Part shown: piece by piece, positions 1 through 11,378 of the stretch
Numbering within the stretch: the first letter of the stretch is position 1
Layout: each line of letters begins with the position of its first letter
From: Catajapyx aquilonaris
Taxonomy: Eukaryota
Direction of reading: 5' to 3'
Assembly: GCA_000934665.2 (NCBI GenBank)
Contig: KZ538459.1
Span: 1-64,000 of the forward strand
Length of the DNA stretch: 64,000 nucleotides
Translations under genes and position numbers: made by a program
The notes under the pieces: model-generated
Told to the model about the DNA's origin: nothing
Seen by the model: the letters and a program-made list of their open reading frames with translations, nothing else
Databases searched by the model: none

Positions 1-1718
1 CCGCCCCCACCTCAACCATCAGTACACCAGCACCTGGACCCAATTCAACCATATCAGAAGAGCATATAAGAGCATCGCTGTTGTCAGCTGTGGAAGATAA
101 GGTCAGGCGGAGGCTGCAGGAGAGATTTGGGCAGGCACAGGCAGAGCTGGACACACTCAGGTAAGAGTTTATGAATGGGCGAGGGTGTGTTTGGCACCCT
201 TACCTAATGCTCTTGAGCCTCTCACCCTGTCCGGTGTCCCCCCTCCCCCTCGCCATCAATGATGACTATTGTATGCCTGGTATTAGTTGCAGCTCGGTTG
301 CAGCAATGCAATTTACAACACTTGGAAGATCAGGCGAGTGTCAATAATGGCAGGTTTTATCAATGATATTAAGAAGAAAATTTTCGGCGGTGTACACATA
401 ACTCGAGATTTCCCCTAATTTTCTTTCATACAGCTGACTCGAAGGTTCAGAGCATTGGGGCCAAGCCCCACTTTTTTCCATCCTTAATAAGGGCTGGACA
501 CAACAACAATAATACTACTTGGGGTAGCTAAGTATTTTTGGGAAACACAGTGAATTGTATCAGGGTTTTAAAAAATTACAGTTACAAGCAAATGGGAATC
601 AAGTCAAGGAAATTGTTTATACAGGTAGAAACTGGACAATGATCCTTTAGATCAATAAGAAAATGCACAAGTGTATGCACATGTTTGGAATTCTGCAGAA
701 GGCAGTATCTGAGAAAATAAACATTTCTTTACTGATCTCTGTGGCCTGACCAGTCACCAGAGGATCCATTGTATTGGTCAATCGGGGGAGGTGTGATGGC
801 CGAGATGGTAACGTCTCGGCTTGCTGAGTGAAAGGCCCCAGGTTCGATCCCCGCCTGGGGAACTTTCCTTTCACCTGCGTCAGGAGGGTCTCTGACCTGC
901 ACCAAGGAGGTGTCTGGCAACCTAACCTCCTGGGGAACAGCACATGACCCATTAGCTACAACATTGCACCTTGCACCCATATTCCCTCCCCAAAAATCCC
1001 TATCCTTTCCCATTGTCCCTGTTTCCTTACACCGGAGTATGAAGTAGAAAAATATATATATATAGAAAACTGATGGTGGTATGCCACCCCCCCTATAGCT
1101 CCCGTAAGGGACATCACAGGGTAAAATAATTTTTTTAAAAAAAGTATTGGTCAATCGAGATGTCTAGATGTATGAACTGAGAGTTGTTGGTTACCACATT
1201 ACGGTATAATGCTGTGATGTAATGAATGAATGTATTTATTTACTGAAAAAATGTTTCATGTGAAAACACCAATGATTGTATTCCCCACTCTATTTCAGAC
1301 GTACCCAATCTGAGCTGTCTCAAGGCAAGGAGCGTCTGGATAGCCTGATGGCTCGATTGGACCAAGAGCAATCGGAGTTGGACAAGAGCGTCTCTGTTCT
1401 CAGCGATAAGTTGCAGGAGCTGCAGGAGGCCACTGAGCGCCTACAGGATGTGCAACCCATTCCTCCAGATGAGGCCATTACCACTACTGCACCTCTATAT
1501 AAACAGTGAGTCACATCTCTGAGCAGTAGCAAGGGAATTTGTGTCCTCCAGAATGAACAAGTAATTGAATCGTGGAAATCAAAACCGCGCTATGGTGCAT
1601 TTTCAAGATTTGCGTATCTCGCCCTTATTGAACGAAGCCTATAATAACGAGAATATGGATCCCTCGTGCGTGGATACCAATATCACGCATGTGTGATCCG
1701 TATTTTCATTATTTTATT

Positions 1719-1776
<58 letters not shown>

Positions 1777-3783
1777 GTAGTAGTATTATTAGTATTATTA
1801 GTGTACTCCATGATAGGGCCCGAGGCCCTCTTGGCTGGGTGGATACCCCCATAGGGTGACAGGGAGGGGATGTGCAAAGTGCAAGTGCAATGTCGTTGCT
1901 TGGTCATTTTGTGAACTCCCCCAGGTGGATTAGTCTAATGGAGATTCCACCCGAGACGAAGCCAGAGATGGCCCAACTATGCACGAGATGAAGGGGGGGA
2001 ACCCTGGGCTGGGATCGACCCCTGGACCTTAACATCCGTGGGCACATACGTTACCACAGCACCACTCTGTCTCCCCTATTTTCGTTATTATAGGCTTCGT
2101 TCAATAAGGTCGAGATTCGCAAATCTTGAAAATGCAACATAGCGTGGTTTTGATTTCCACGATTCAATTTAAATGTGATGAAACACAAGGGGACTGTCAG
2201 TTAGTAGGTGGACACATAGATGGATTTTCACTCTTGTTACGTGATGTGCACAGCAAAACATCAAATGCAGAATTGTTAGGTTACCTAATCAATGTATGAG
2301 GTGTCAGAAAAATACAACACATATGCAAAGGACATAATTCTGATTTGAATTTTCCTCAGGCATTTTGTTGAAAATACTACCTCAGGCATTGCAGCCCTCA
2401 AAGTTGTGCTTGCAGGGTCAAATGAAAGGGTACCAGTCAAGTGTATGTGGCCTAGATTGGGATAAATTGGAGTCCTGGTATCCCTGGCCATTCAGCTAGT
2501 CTTGTACGTGGCAAAAAAATTTATTGGCATCAGTGGAAATGAGGCACGATGAGAGTGCCAAATGTTGGACCCTATGTGTGTAGAACAATGATACTTTATG
2601 ATCTAAATACACAACCAACTTCTTTTGACTGAGCGAACTTGAGAAGCTCATTTGTACTGGACATATTTTTACATGTAAAATGAGCCTAACTCTGGATATA
2701 TGGAACTGCAAGCCATTTGCTTGAAGGAGAACTGAAAATGATATGCATTGTAGGTGTGTAGTGGCTATTCACTAGGGCCTTTATGGTCCATTTAAAAGTC
2801 CATGAGAATACTTCAAGAGTCACTGCTTTATAGTATCTGTTTCTAGGAAGAGTAAAGAAAGTCTACTTGGGCCATAAAAAGAAGTTTAGGAAATACAGTA
2901 AAACTTCTATGAGTCGAATATCCATGGGACTGGGAAAAAACTTGAATTATAGAAGATTCGAGTTATAGAAGTTTGGAATTTTTAAAGCACAGAACTCTAT
3001 AAGGAAGCCTAGTCTACCTTCATATCCAGAAACGAAAGGTGTTCAAAACTTAAAAATAACTGTCACTATCACACTTGCAATGTTCATCATTGTTTTGTTG
3101 CAAAAGAAATCTCCGTTATGGACATTTGCCTACTCTTAGATTCAAGGATTCAATAATTTTCACATCGAGTCAAACACTTCTTTCGGTACGTCTGGTAGAC
3201 GGAGATCAGGAAATTGAGCCTTTCTGTACATATGTGACCTACTCTCGACCCTTCTGCTGGGAAATGAGACAATTTTCCATACTCGCCAACATGAACTTCG
3301 ACTTAGGGAGACTGAAAATGCATTGATAACCCATCGTAAGGCCCTGCCTGCACTTCGAGTTATGGAGAACTTCGAGTTATAGAAATTCGAGTTAGGGAAG
3401 TTTAGTTCCTATTATTTTACATTGTGACCAACCAAGCTCATCATTATCTTCGACTTATAGAGAACTTCGACTTCGGGAAGTTCGACTTAGAGAAGTTTTA
3501 CTGTATTGCTGTGGTGGCTTTCCTTGTAACACTCCTATTCATGTTTAAGCATTTCATTCTTACCATTGACTTAATTTGATGATTTTTTTTCCCCAGGTTG
3601 CTGAGTGCCTTTGCAGAGGAGGCTGCTACAGAGGATGCCATCTACTACCTGGATGAGGGTCTGAGACGTGGAGTTCTAGAGCTGGATGTGTTTCTCAAGC
3701 ATGTTCGAAGCCTTTCTCGCAGGCAATTTATGTTGAGGGCCCTTATGCTAAAGTGCCGACAGAAGGGAGGGTTGCAGACATGA
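1..3783 (+). CDS. TSG101: Tumor susceptibility gene 101 (ESCRT-I Vps23), last three coding exons; 5' part lies outside the window
   Basis: Exons <1-160, 1299-1505 and 3597-3783 join in frame across GT-AG introns. Protein: ...TISEEHIRASLLSAVEDKVRRRL...TTAPLYKQLLSAFAEEAATEDAIYYLDEGLRRGVLELDVFLKHVRSLSRRQFMLRALMLKCRQKGGLQT*, matching the TSG101 coiled coil and C-terminal steadiness box. Confidence 0.97.
785..1143 (+). mobile_element. tRNA-derived SINE
   Basis: A-box TGGCCGAGATGG, B-box GGTTCGATCCC, A/T-rich tail; 14-bp TSD GTATTGGTCAATCG at 771-784 and 1144-1157. Confidence 0.85.
1564..2168. mobile_element. MITE with ~90-bp inverted arms, interrupted by a SINE
   Basis: ATTGAATCGTGGAAATCAAAACC... 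at 1564 is mirrored by ...GGTTTTGATTTCCACGATTCAAT ending at 2168. Confidence 0.8.
1712..2076 (-). mobile_element. tRNA-derived SINE with (AAT)n tail, nested in the MITE
   Basis: Minus-strand head GGGGAGACAGAGTGGTGCTGTGG...GGGTCGATCCC; (TTA)n tract at ~1712-1800; imperfect TSD TATTTTC(A/G)TTATT at 1701 and 2077. Confidence 0.8.
2896..3503. mobile_element. Tigger/pogo-type MITE
   Basis: TA|CAGTAAAACTTCT...AGAAGTTTTACTG|TA termini, with repeated subterminal TTCGA(G/C)TTA motifs. Confidence 0.85.
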
Positions 3784-4288
3784 ATTTGACAGAATATCTT
3801 TTAATCCTTCCAATGGTTTGTGTGTTTTAAGCTAGTGCATCTAATCAGGAGGCACAAAGTATGATATGCAAATGATATACGCGATTCACCCTTTCTTTTC
3901 TTCTCCTACCCCCACATATATTAATTTGCCTTTCTTGCAATAATCCTGTTATTATCTGTAAATCTGTGTTTCCTTGCCATTTATATGTCACTTCTGGGAA
4001 TTGTACACGTAGTGGATTGCCCATTAAATGTGTTGCTATAACCACATGCTTATATGACATGGACAGACAAGTGCTCTGCAATGGTATAATCTCAGTGCTG
4101 CTTGTCTGCATGCCATGTCAGTGTCACGTCTCATTTTTTAATAACTTGAATGTTTTAATGTAGGAAATATTGACTCAGGCAAACTACACAGGGCCTTTGC
4201 ACTTGAATCTAGTGGAATATGCAAGAGTGAACAATTGAAACCCAATCAACGAACTGTATATAGACATGATTGCAAATAATCCTGAAAA

Positions 4289-4371
4289 TAATGGGTGGAA
4301 TTTTTGTCCCACTGCTAGTTTCTGAGAAGTTAGCAGTACCTAGCAGTGGGACGAAAATTCAACCCAGTATT
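4289..4371. repeat. Short hairpin repeat family; second copy at ~6881-6989
   Basis: TGGGTGGAATTTT..CCCACTGCTA...TAGCAGTGG.ACGAAAATT..ACCCA occurs at both loci. Confidence 0.7.
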
Positions 4372-4559
4372 GTTAGGCTTGTGTAAGACCAAACATTGAC
4401 ATCAGAACTGCAGAGGCAATGAGAATTCAGTAGGTCAATTTCAGTAGGAGAATTCACCCGTCAATTTTGGGCCCAACCACCATAAGGGCAGGTGACAGCT
4501 GAGACGAGGATCTGGGATGAATGGTGGTGGTGGCAGTGAATGAAAACTACAGAATGCGA

Positions 4560-4785
4560 ATGGGTGGGATATGTGCCATCTACCCTACAGCCCTAATCTG
4601 TCACCGTGTGATATCAAGTTGTTCTGGGAACTGACAATGCATTTGAAAGGGTGTCAATTTGCCATTGATGCTTACGTGAAGTGTGATGTGAGTGGAATTA
4701 ACCATCACTTATCGCAGTATGGCAGGTGTATGACAGAGTTGGTCCCACAGTGGGTCAGGTGTCATAATGTTCTTGGAGAATACTC
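4560..4785 (+). pseudogene. Degenerate mariner transposase C-terminal fragment
   Basis: HLPYSPNLSPCDIKLFWELTMHLKG...LVPQWVRC...GEY resembles the mariner HPPYSPDLAPSDFHLF...RWxKC...GDY pattern. Confidence 0.7.
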
Positions 4786-5217
4786 TTTAATAAACCTTGC
4801 AGTCTATTTGTTTCCTTGCTTTCATTCGCTGCTACCCTCTATCCCAGTGGTTCCCAACCTGTGAGTCACGAAGCGTTTTCTGGGGGTCGCTCGGTGCCGC
4901 AGTAATAAATTTTTACTTGCAAAAATCTTATGTAATTTGTGACCATGATGTAAGATGATACATCACCAGGCAGTATTGCACACATGTCCTTACAGATATC
5001 CCCACCTATTTTCTTTTCCACTAGGTACTGCCATGGCTAAACAGGCATTAATTCATGACATGGATATCTTCATCTCTTTGACCACGATAGTCCCTACTGA
5101 CAGCGTGATGCCTCATGTTAGCATATACACCACATGTTCTGTCCCATTCATGTCTGATGGATTTCTGAGCCCAAAGACTGTGACATGGTTTTGAAATAGT
5201 TGGACTTGAGAGGTTAA

Positions 5218-5796
5218 CCCTTTGACGGCGGAGCTTTTTACAGGTTTATGGGCCTTTTTTTCTTTTTTGTCCAAAATTTGATGTAGGAGTGACATTAATG
5301 AATAACAACTTCGCGCCAAAATAATCATTTTAATTTGTGGTGGTCCTTTTGAATGTAAAATGCCTAAAAAATTCATCCATAGGGTGACCCCGTGATTAAT
5401 TTTTTAGAATCATCTGGCTCTTAGAACGCCGATAGGCCTAACAAGTTTACTCAGTCACTATACATCGTTATTAAGGTTACATAATATTACCACAACACTA
5501 CTATGAGAAACTCCCAAGGGTCCAGACTTTACGGGACACCCTGCATTGCTGGCTGATATTTACATAAGCACTTGTGTGGGAAGAAAATGAGCTTGCCCTA
5601 TATGACTCACCTTGGTGGGAACAGGAGGGATTCTGGGAGTGTATGCTAGTTGAGTCACCATCCAAGAGATGTCAGGAGCATATTGAACTGCATTTGGAAG
5701 TTGGAACCACAGAGGTCGAATTCTCTATGCACATCTTAGCTCGCCAAATTCAAAAAAACCTCAGGACATCCTATGATGCATGTAGGCCTCAAAGGG
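5218..5796. mobile_element. piggyBac-like MITE, copy 1 (copy 2 inverted at 58309-58887)
   Basis: TTAA|CCCTTTG...CAAAGGG|TTGA; colinear over its length with the reverse complement of 58309-58887. Confidence 0.85.
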
Positions 5797-6124
5797 TTGA
5801 AGGTCTGCCAGAATGAATGACGACATCTGATTCCCACATTTATCTACAAGGTGAAGCCATTGACTTATACAGGGTGTTTCTTACTAGTGGGACTGGGACA
5901 TCTGGTTAGCAGTGAATTCATTAGCTCAATACAAGTGTAAAATGTAGGGGTGAGAAATGTTGGTGTACCATCCGACTGGCTGTCTCATTAGCAAGAAACA
6001 CCTTGTACTGTATGATGAATCTCACACTGCACGAGGTTGGTTAGGAATCATTACACGTTTTGTATACATAGCAATTTTTCTTATCCTGTGTTTCACTTTA
6101 ATGGGTGCCTTGAAAGTTTTATGG

Positions 6125-6598
6125 CAGGGGTATTCAACTAGTTTCTGACAAGGTCCATTATTTACCTTTCCTGGGCCATTGAAGGACTGGACCCCCCCCC
6201 CAGGGGGGGGGGGGTAAGAATATATAGATTTTATATGGTATACTACAGGGTTCATATTCGAAAATATAAACATGTGCAGCAAGGGTAGAAGGGCCTATCC
6301 AGACAGGGCATATTAAGGGGGACCCATTTCGTATGCACAAGGTGAACAACCCGTAATGGACGGGGAAAGAGCCCGCCACAGGTGATATTTTTTGGGGGTT
6401 CAAGGTCCCACGAGCTTAGGTGAGATGTGGGAGATTTGAATAGGTGTGTATTTGATGAAATTGGTAGCACTTTTTCCCCCAAAAATCATGAATTAGTTTT
6501 ATCATGCTATTTCAAACTGTCCTGTATATTGTCGCCGTCCGGACAAAATTGCATCGCGGTCCGGATCCGGACCGCGGTCCGCCAGTTGAATATCGCTG
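6125..6598. mobile_element. hAT-type non-autonomous element
   Basis: CAGGGGTATTCAAC...GTTGAATATCGCTG termini; exact 8-bp TSD TTTTATGG. Confidence 0.85.
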
Positions 6599-7466
6599 TT
6601 TTATGGTATAATCTGAAATCAAAGTTATGTCAGTTGGAACAGAAGTCATCGCACATATTTTAAAATTCCAACGTCTGAGTCTTTAGAATGACACGTTGTA
6701 GGTCATTTTATAGCTCTGTTTGTAGCTTTTTTATAGCTCAATACAAGTATAAAATGGAGGGGTGAGATATGTTGATACATTGTAACTGACATTTTTAGTG
6801 AAATGAAATGTCAGCAATAAGTATGTAGTGATGTAGCAATAAGTCCAAAGTCCATGCTACACAGAGAGTATGATAAAATAATATTGGGTGGAATTTTCAT
6901 CCCACTGCTAGTTACTGCTAACTTAGCAGTACCAGTGTTGGTCCTAAGTTAGCAGTAATTAGCAGTGGAACGAAAATTCCACCCATTGTAACTTGAATAT
7001 ATACACGTCAATTCATAACTTGAGCATGGAATATCAAGTTGGAAATGCCTGTTCCTTTAGGTTTCCTGTAAATTCACATGCATCCTACAATGTACACTTG
7101 GCCATCAATATTTTCCCCAAGTAAATCATAGGCTAGTAGACAAGTAGACAAGACTTATCTGCTGTGACCCAGCTGTGGAACTCCTGAATTAATCCATGCA
7201 ATGGTGATTACCACATAGCTCATAATGGTCATCAACCAACAAATTGGCCTGTTTTAAACATTATTGCAAATACGGTATAGCAAATTGAATTAATGACTTC
7301 TACATGCATTGTGCATGGAAATACTCATTCAACACAGTTAATGTTCAGTTTTGCCATGATACCACTTTGAAAGTGAATCATGCGTAATTCACCAAGCGTA
7401 TGAAAAGATCCGAACATAATGCCAAAGTGTTGTTGTTGACTTATTCGCTGTTCATTAGGAGCTCAC

Positions 7467-7603
7467 TTTCGCGCTACAGTTCGGATATAATAACTACTAG
7501 TTAAGATACTACTAGCCGCTACTATAGCTATTACCGGGACAGCCAGCGCCGTCGCCAGCGAGGTGTGAAGAGAAAGAACTAGGTTGTTGACTGAGGACGC
7601 CAT
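7467..7603 (-). CDS. Probable first coding exon of a membrane-anchored protein, possibly ABHD1/ABHD3-like
   Basis: GAGATGGCG start context, hydrophobic anchor and donor AA|GTGAGC: MASSVNNLVLSLHTSLATALAVPVIAIVAASSILTSSYYIRTVARK. The end resembles ABHD3 YYLSSIAKKP as recalled. Head-to-head with TMEM258. Confidence 0.45.
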
Positions 7604-7776
7604 CTCTCTGCTAAGCCCGTAAGTCAAGCCCAGGAAGTAAGCATCGAGCAGACGTAGCTGGCTCAGTGGCTGGCTTTTCATTGCGATTGTATCGTTGGCG
7701 GGTTGGAAGTTGCGGACCGGCGTTGAAGTACACGTCATCTCTTAGCTTCGTTGAACAGCTAAAGGCATTAGCAACA
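7604..7776. promoter_or_regulatory. Putative bidirectional promoter (minus-strand exon / TMEM258)
   Basis: CpG-containing 173-bp interval between two divergent ATGs; ETS-like GGAAGT motifs. Confidence 0.55.
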
Positions 7777-10518
7777 ATGGTAAGTACTTGCGTATAGCTT
7801 ATCAGCGAAGTGTAGTATGGCTAAGGTTCATAGTATGGCCACATGCACACCATACCGGCTAGATCGGGCTAGACACTGGTTGGGCAGGGTTGGGCTCTTC
7901 CTGCTGCGCCACAGAGAGTTGAGGCACTTAGGTTCACTGGTGTATACTGGATGGTGAGCCATGGTGCACCATTGTGTACTTGTATCAATTTTGTCTAACA
8001 CCCTGCATAGCATGCTTTTATTACTGGGGATTCTGCCATGGCCTTTCTCATGAGATTGCATGTCAGCATTTGCTAAGTAGCGGAGCTATGAAATGGTATG
8101 AAGCATCTACCCATTGTCTCAACAAGTATGGTCCCACATTAAGAGCATGTTCTGGTGGTAGTGTTATCAGTTGTTGAAAGGAGCATTTGGGTGACATTTT
8201 TTCTGTTACTGAATGCCTATGATGTGGCTGGGGTAATACAGAATTTACATTCTGCGTGTGCCAGGCAGTGGCTGAGTAGAGTGTTGCAGTCATTCACAAA
8301 TGGTTGTGGACGTATTTGATGAGCTATAAAAATGGCTCTCTTTTATCCATTCAGTTTGTGTCAGTACACTCATTGCTGGAGGACTGCTGATTAGATTAGA
8401 CATGCTGACCACCAAAACCATGTGGCTGGCTCCTTTCTTTATCCCCCCATCCAGCTGATGGGCTCTGTCTGAATTCACCATTGAATGCCCATGCCCAGAA
8501 GTGACATTTTGGCATATCCACTCTTCCACTACATTTATTCCATTAGTGTGTGATGAAATTCACTCTTGTAAAGTAACCCCACTTTGCGTGAGGAGCCTGA
8601 ACTGTTGCATTGCAATTTCAAATAAGTCAATTAATGGAGATATGTTGCAGTGTTAAAACTGAGAAATAGATGTCAAACCTTTATTTCTAAAAACTTGATT
8701 GTGGTGGAACTCAATTTCATTGAGACTGACATGCGCAGGTAAAACTTCAGCATACATTGTAAATTTTTACCGTCACAAAAGGAAGTCTTTTAGTATCATT
8801 AGGCCCTCAGAATACATCTACAAAACTTTACAATGTAATCTATGCAACACTTTGTTGCACTGATATGGTCTGGACTACTTTTCACAGGCTCTCAGAAAGG
8901 TGCTGCAGGTTTGGTCATGTTAATACCATGTACTACTTTTACCTAAATATTTCATGAGATTGTAGAAGAAATTGGAAAATGTGAAATATTTTCTTACTTA
9001 CCCTCTGCTCAGGTGGAAATTGTGTATAATGATGCCCAGTGACACTGCGTTCATGAGCACCTAATAACAATGTGGTATCACCTCTAATTTATGCTAACCT
9101 GACAAATATAATGGCCCATAATGGCCTCAAAAAGAAACACCCATACTGACATAATGGGGCCACTTTCATATGTATTGATTAATTACATTATTTGTTAGCA
9201 TCCAGGCGATTCCAGATTTACCACTAGTAGTTAATGATGTGTATCTGACCCAACCAAATGGGCCCCACATTCACTGTTAGTTATGATATTGTCTAGTTTC
9301 TTAGCATTGATTAAAATGGCAAAATAAGCCATAAATGGCAAAATAAATTATGAAACGTGCTGAATTTTACAAGTTCTCACAAACTTTCTGACTTGGGAGG
9401 TCTGTTCAAGGTCAGTTTGAAGAACTTTTGTATGCCAGACTGCATATCAGAGAGAAAAGTACAACTCAGAACAAGTTCCAGAGGGAAGTTGTTGAGGATG
9501 ATCATATGAATATATCCTGTTCAGGCACATGCAATACCGATACCAGCAAAACAGTGGCAAATCACTAGTACAGGTACTCCTCGTTATACTCTTCTTCGTT
9601 TTATGTGTTTTCATATTAACGCCGGTTTCAAAATTACCTTTGTAAAAAAATTTAATTGGGAAATGTTAATTTTTTTTTCAAATAACAAAACAATCTACAC
9701 ATAAACACACCACTGCAGCACTTCTGAGTCCAAACACACTGCAGTATAGGCACTTCTTTTATATTTAGTTGTGCATTGTGGCAGGGTTTATAGCTATATA
9801 CAGTACTGTATTTTAGGTCTCTACACTCTCGGAAGCACTGAACCCATTGTTACAATGCACTACATGCACTCTAGTTCTTGCCAAAAAATGGAAAGAAACC
9901 CTCAGAAGAACCTGATGACCCTCAACCTGGAGCCTCCCATTAAACTTGCATATTAAATGTTTCAAATACTGAGCATTAAAACCAGCAATATTAGGATTGT
10001 CTGGGGAAAATTTTGACAATTTTGGAATGTATCTCATTCACTACCATTATAATTTTGTTTCATTTTGCTCCTTTTCACTTTACACCACATATTGCTGGAA
10101 CCAATCCCTGGCATAAAACGATGAGTACCTGTATAACAACTGACTAAATGGGGAAGTCAATCAAACTAATGCACAGAACGACATTTTAATAGTGTAATAT
10201 TATGTCAGTATTGATTTACCAGTACTGCTTGACCAGTTAATCACAGTAGCAAATATACTCTTTTACTCTTTCTTTCCCATTTAGGAGAGCGTCATGTCCC
10301 GCTATGTGTCACCAGTTAACCCAGCAGTTTTTCCTCATCTGAGTGTGATACTTCTGGGTATTGGCATCTTCTTCACAGCGTGGTTCTTTGTCTATGAAGT
10401 AACTTCCACCAAGTTCACCCGGGACCTCTTCAAGGAGCTCCTTGTCTCTCTTGTAGCAGCACTCTTCATGGGATTTGGCATTCTTTTTCTTTTGCTCTGG
10501 GTTGGAATCTATGTCTAA
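7777..10518 (+). CDS. TMEM258: Transmembrane protein 258 (OST complex subunit), 78 aa
   Basis: ATG-only first coding exon 7777-7779 (ACAATG|GTAAGT) plus exon 10285-10518 gives [78 protein letters not shown]. Confidence 0.97.
9571..10131. mobile_element. Tigger/pogo-type MITE in the TMEM258 intron
   Basis: TA|CAGGTACTCCTCGTT...AACGATGAGTACCTG|TA. Confidence 0.75.
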
Positions 10519-11378
10519 ATGACCACTGCCACATAAATGTGAGTACTGTCTGTAGTATCATAAATTGATGACTGAGCTTTTGTGTGTCCTTTAAAAAAAA
10601 ACCATCACAAATGAGCATATTGACTGAGAAGTTGTTATATTCCTAAATAGTAGCCTGCTGTAATGCCAACTGCTTTCATGGTACAAGGATATTGTAAACC
10701 CTGCATCGAGTCTTATCCTTGAGCCTACTTTCTGTGGTGTTTTTCATGAACACTTATTAATCCCTTGATTGCCTGAGGGACTGATTTATTGCTAAGGCCT
10801 AGTTGCACCACTGAAGGTACACTTTGACCAAAGATTCATCCTCCTCAATTATTTGATTGCTGCCAACGATTAGTGACGACAAAACCTAGTGGTGTATTGC
10901 AATATGCCAGGAAGAGAGTAAATCAAATCTAAATGAGGAAATGATTTTTTTTAATGACAGTGAAACCATTGTAACTATTGGTACTTAAAAGTTCTTGGTT
11001 CTCCCTTGCATAGTAGTTAAGGTTAAGCTATGGAACAGAAAATCTTGACATAGTTGTTTAAAAAGAAAATCTTTTCACAGACCAACCTCTACATCGCTGG
11101 TGGAAGAATCATCCCTGCTGGATTGGACAGAACAGCATAATTCTCTTTCCATGTTTTTATTGTTAACATAATATACAACTGGTGTGAAGAAATAATTCCA
11201 TTACTCAATATAGACCAATAAATGTTACTGTCCAACACCCATATGGTTTCCATGATAAAGGAGAAATTATTGACTATTGCTTATTGGTTTATATATTTAG
11301 TTTGGCCGCAATACCAGTATGGCTGATCATGACTAGCAAGACAATGGTGTATCATTTTGATTGAAATATAGGATGGGA

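Noticed and set aside
2285..2711. Minus-strand ORFs as downstream exons of the ABHD-like gene
   Set aside because: No hydrolase motifs in the frames I checked.
7900..8570. Possible transposase remnant in the TMEM258 intron
   Set aside because: Too degraded; no termini or unambiguous motif.
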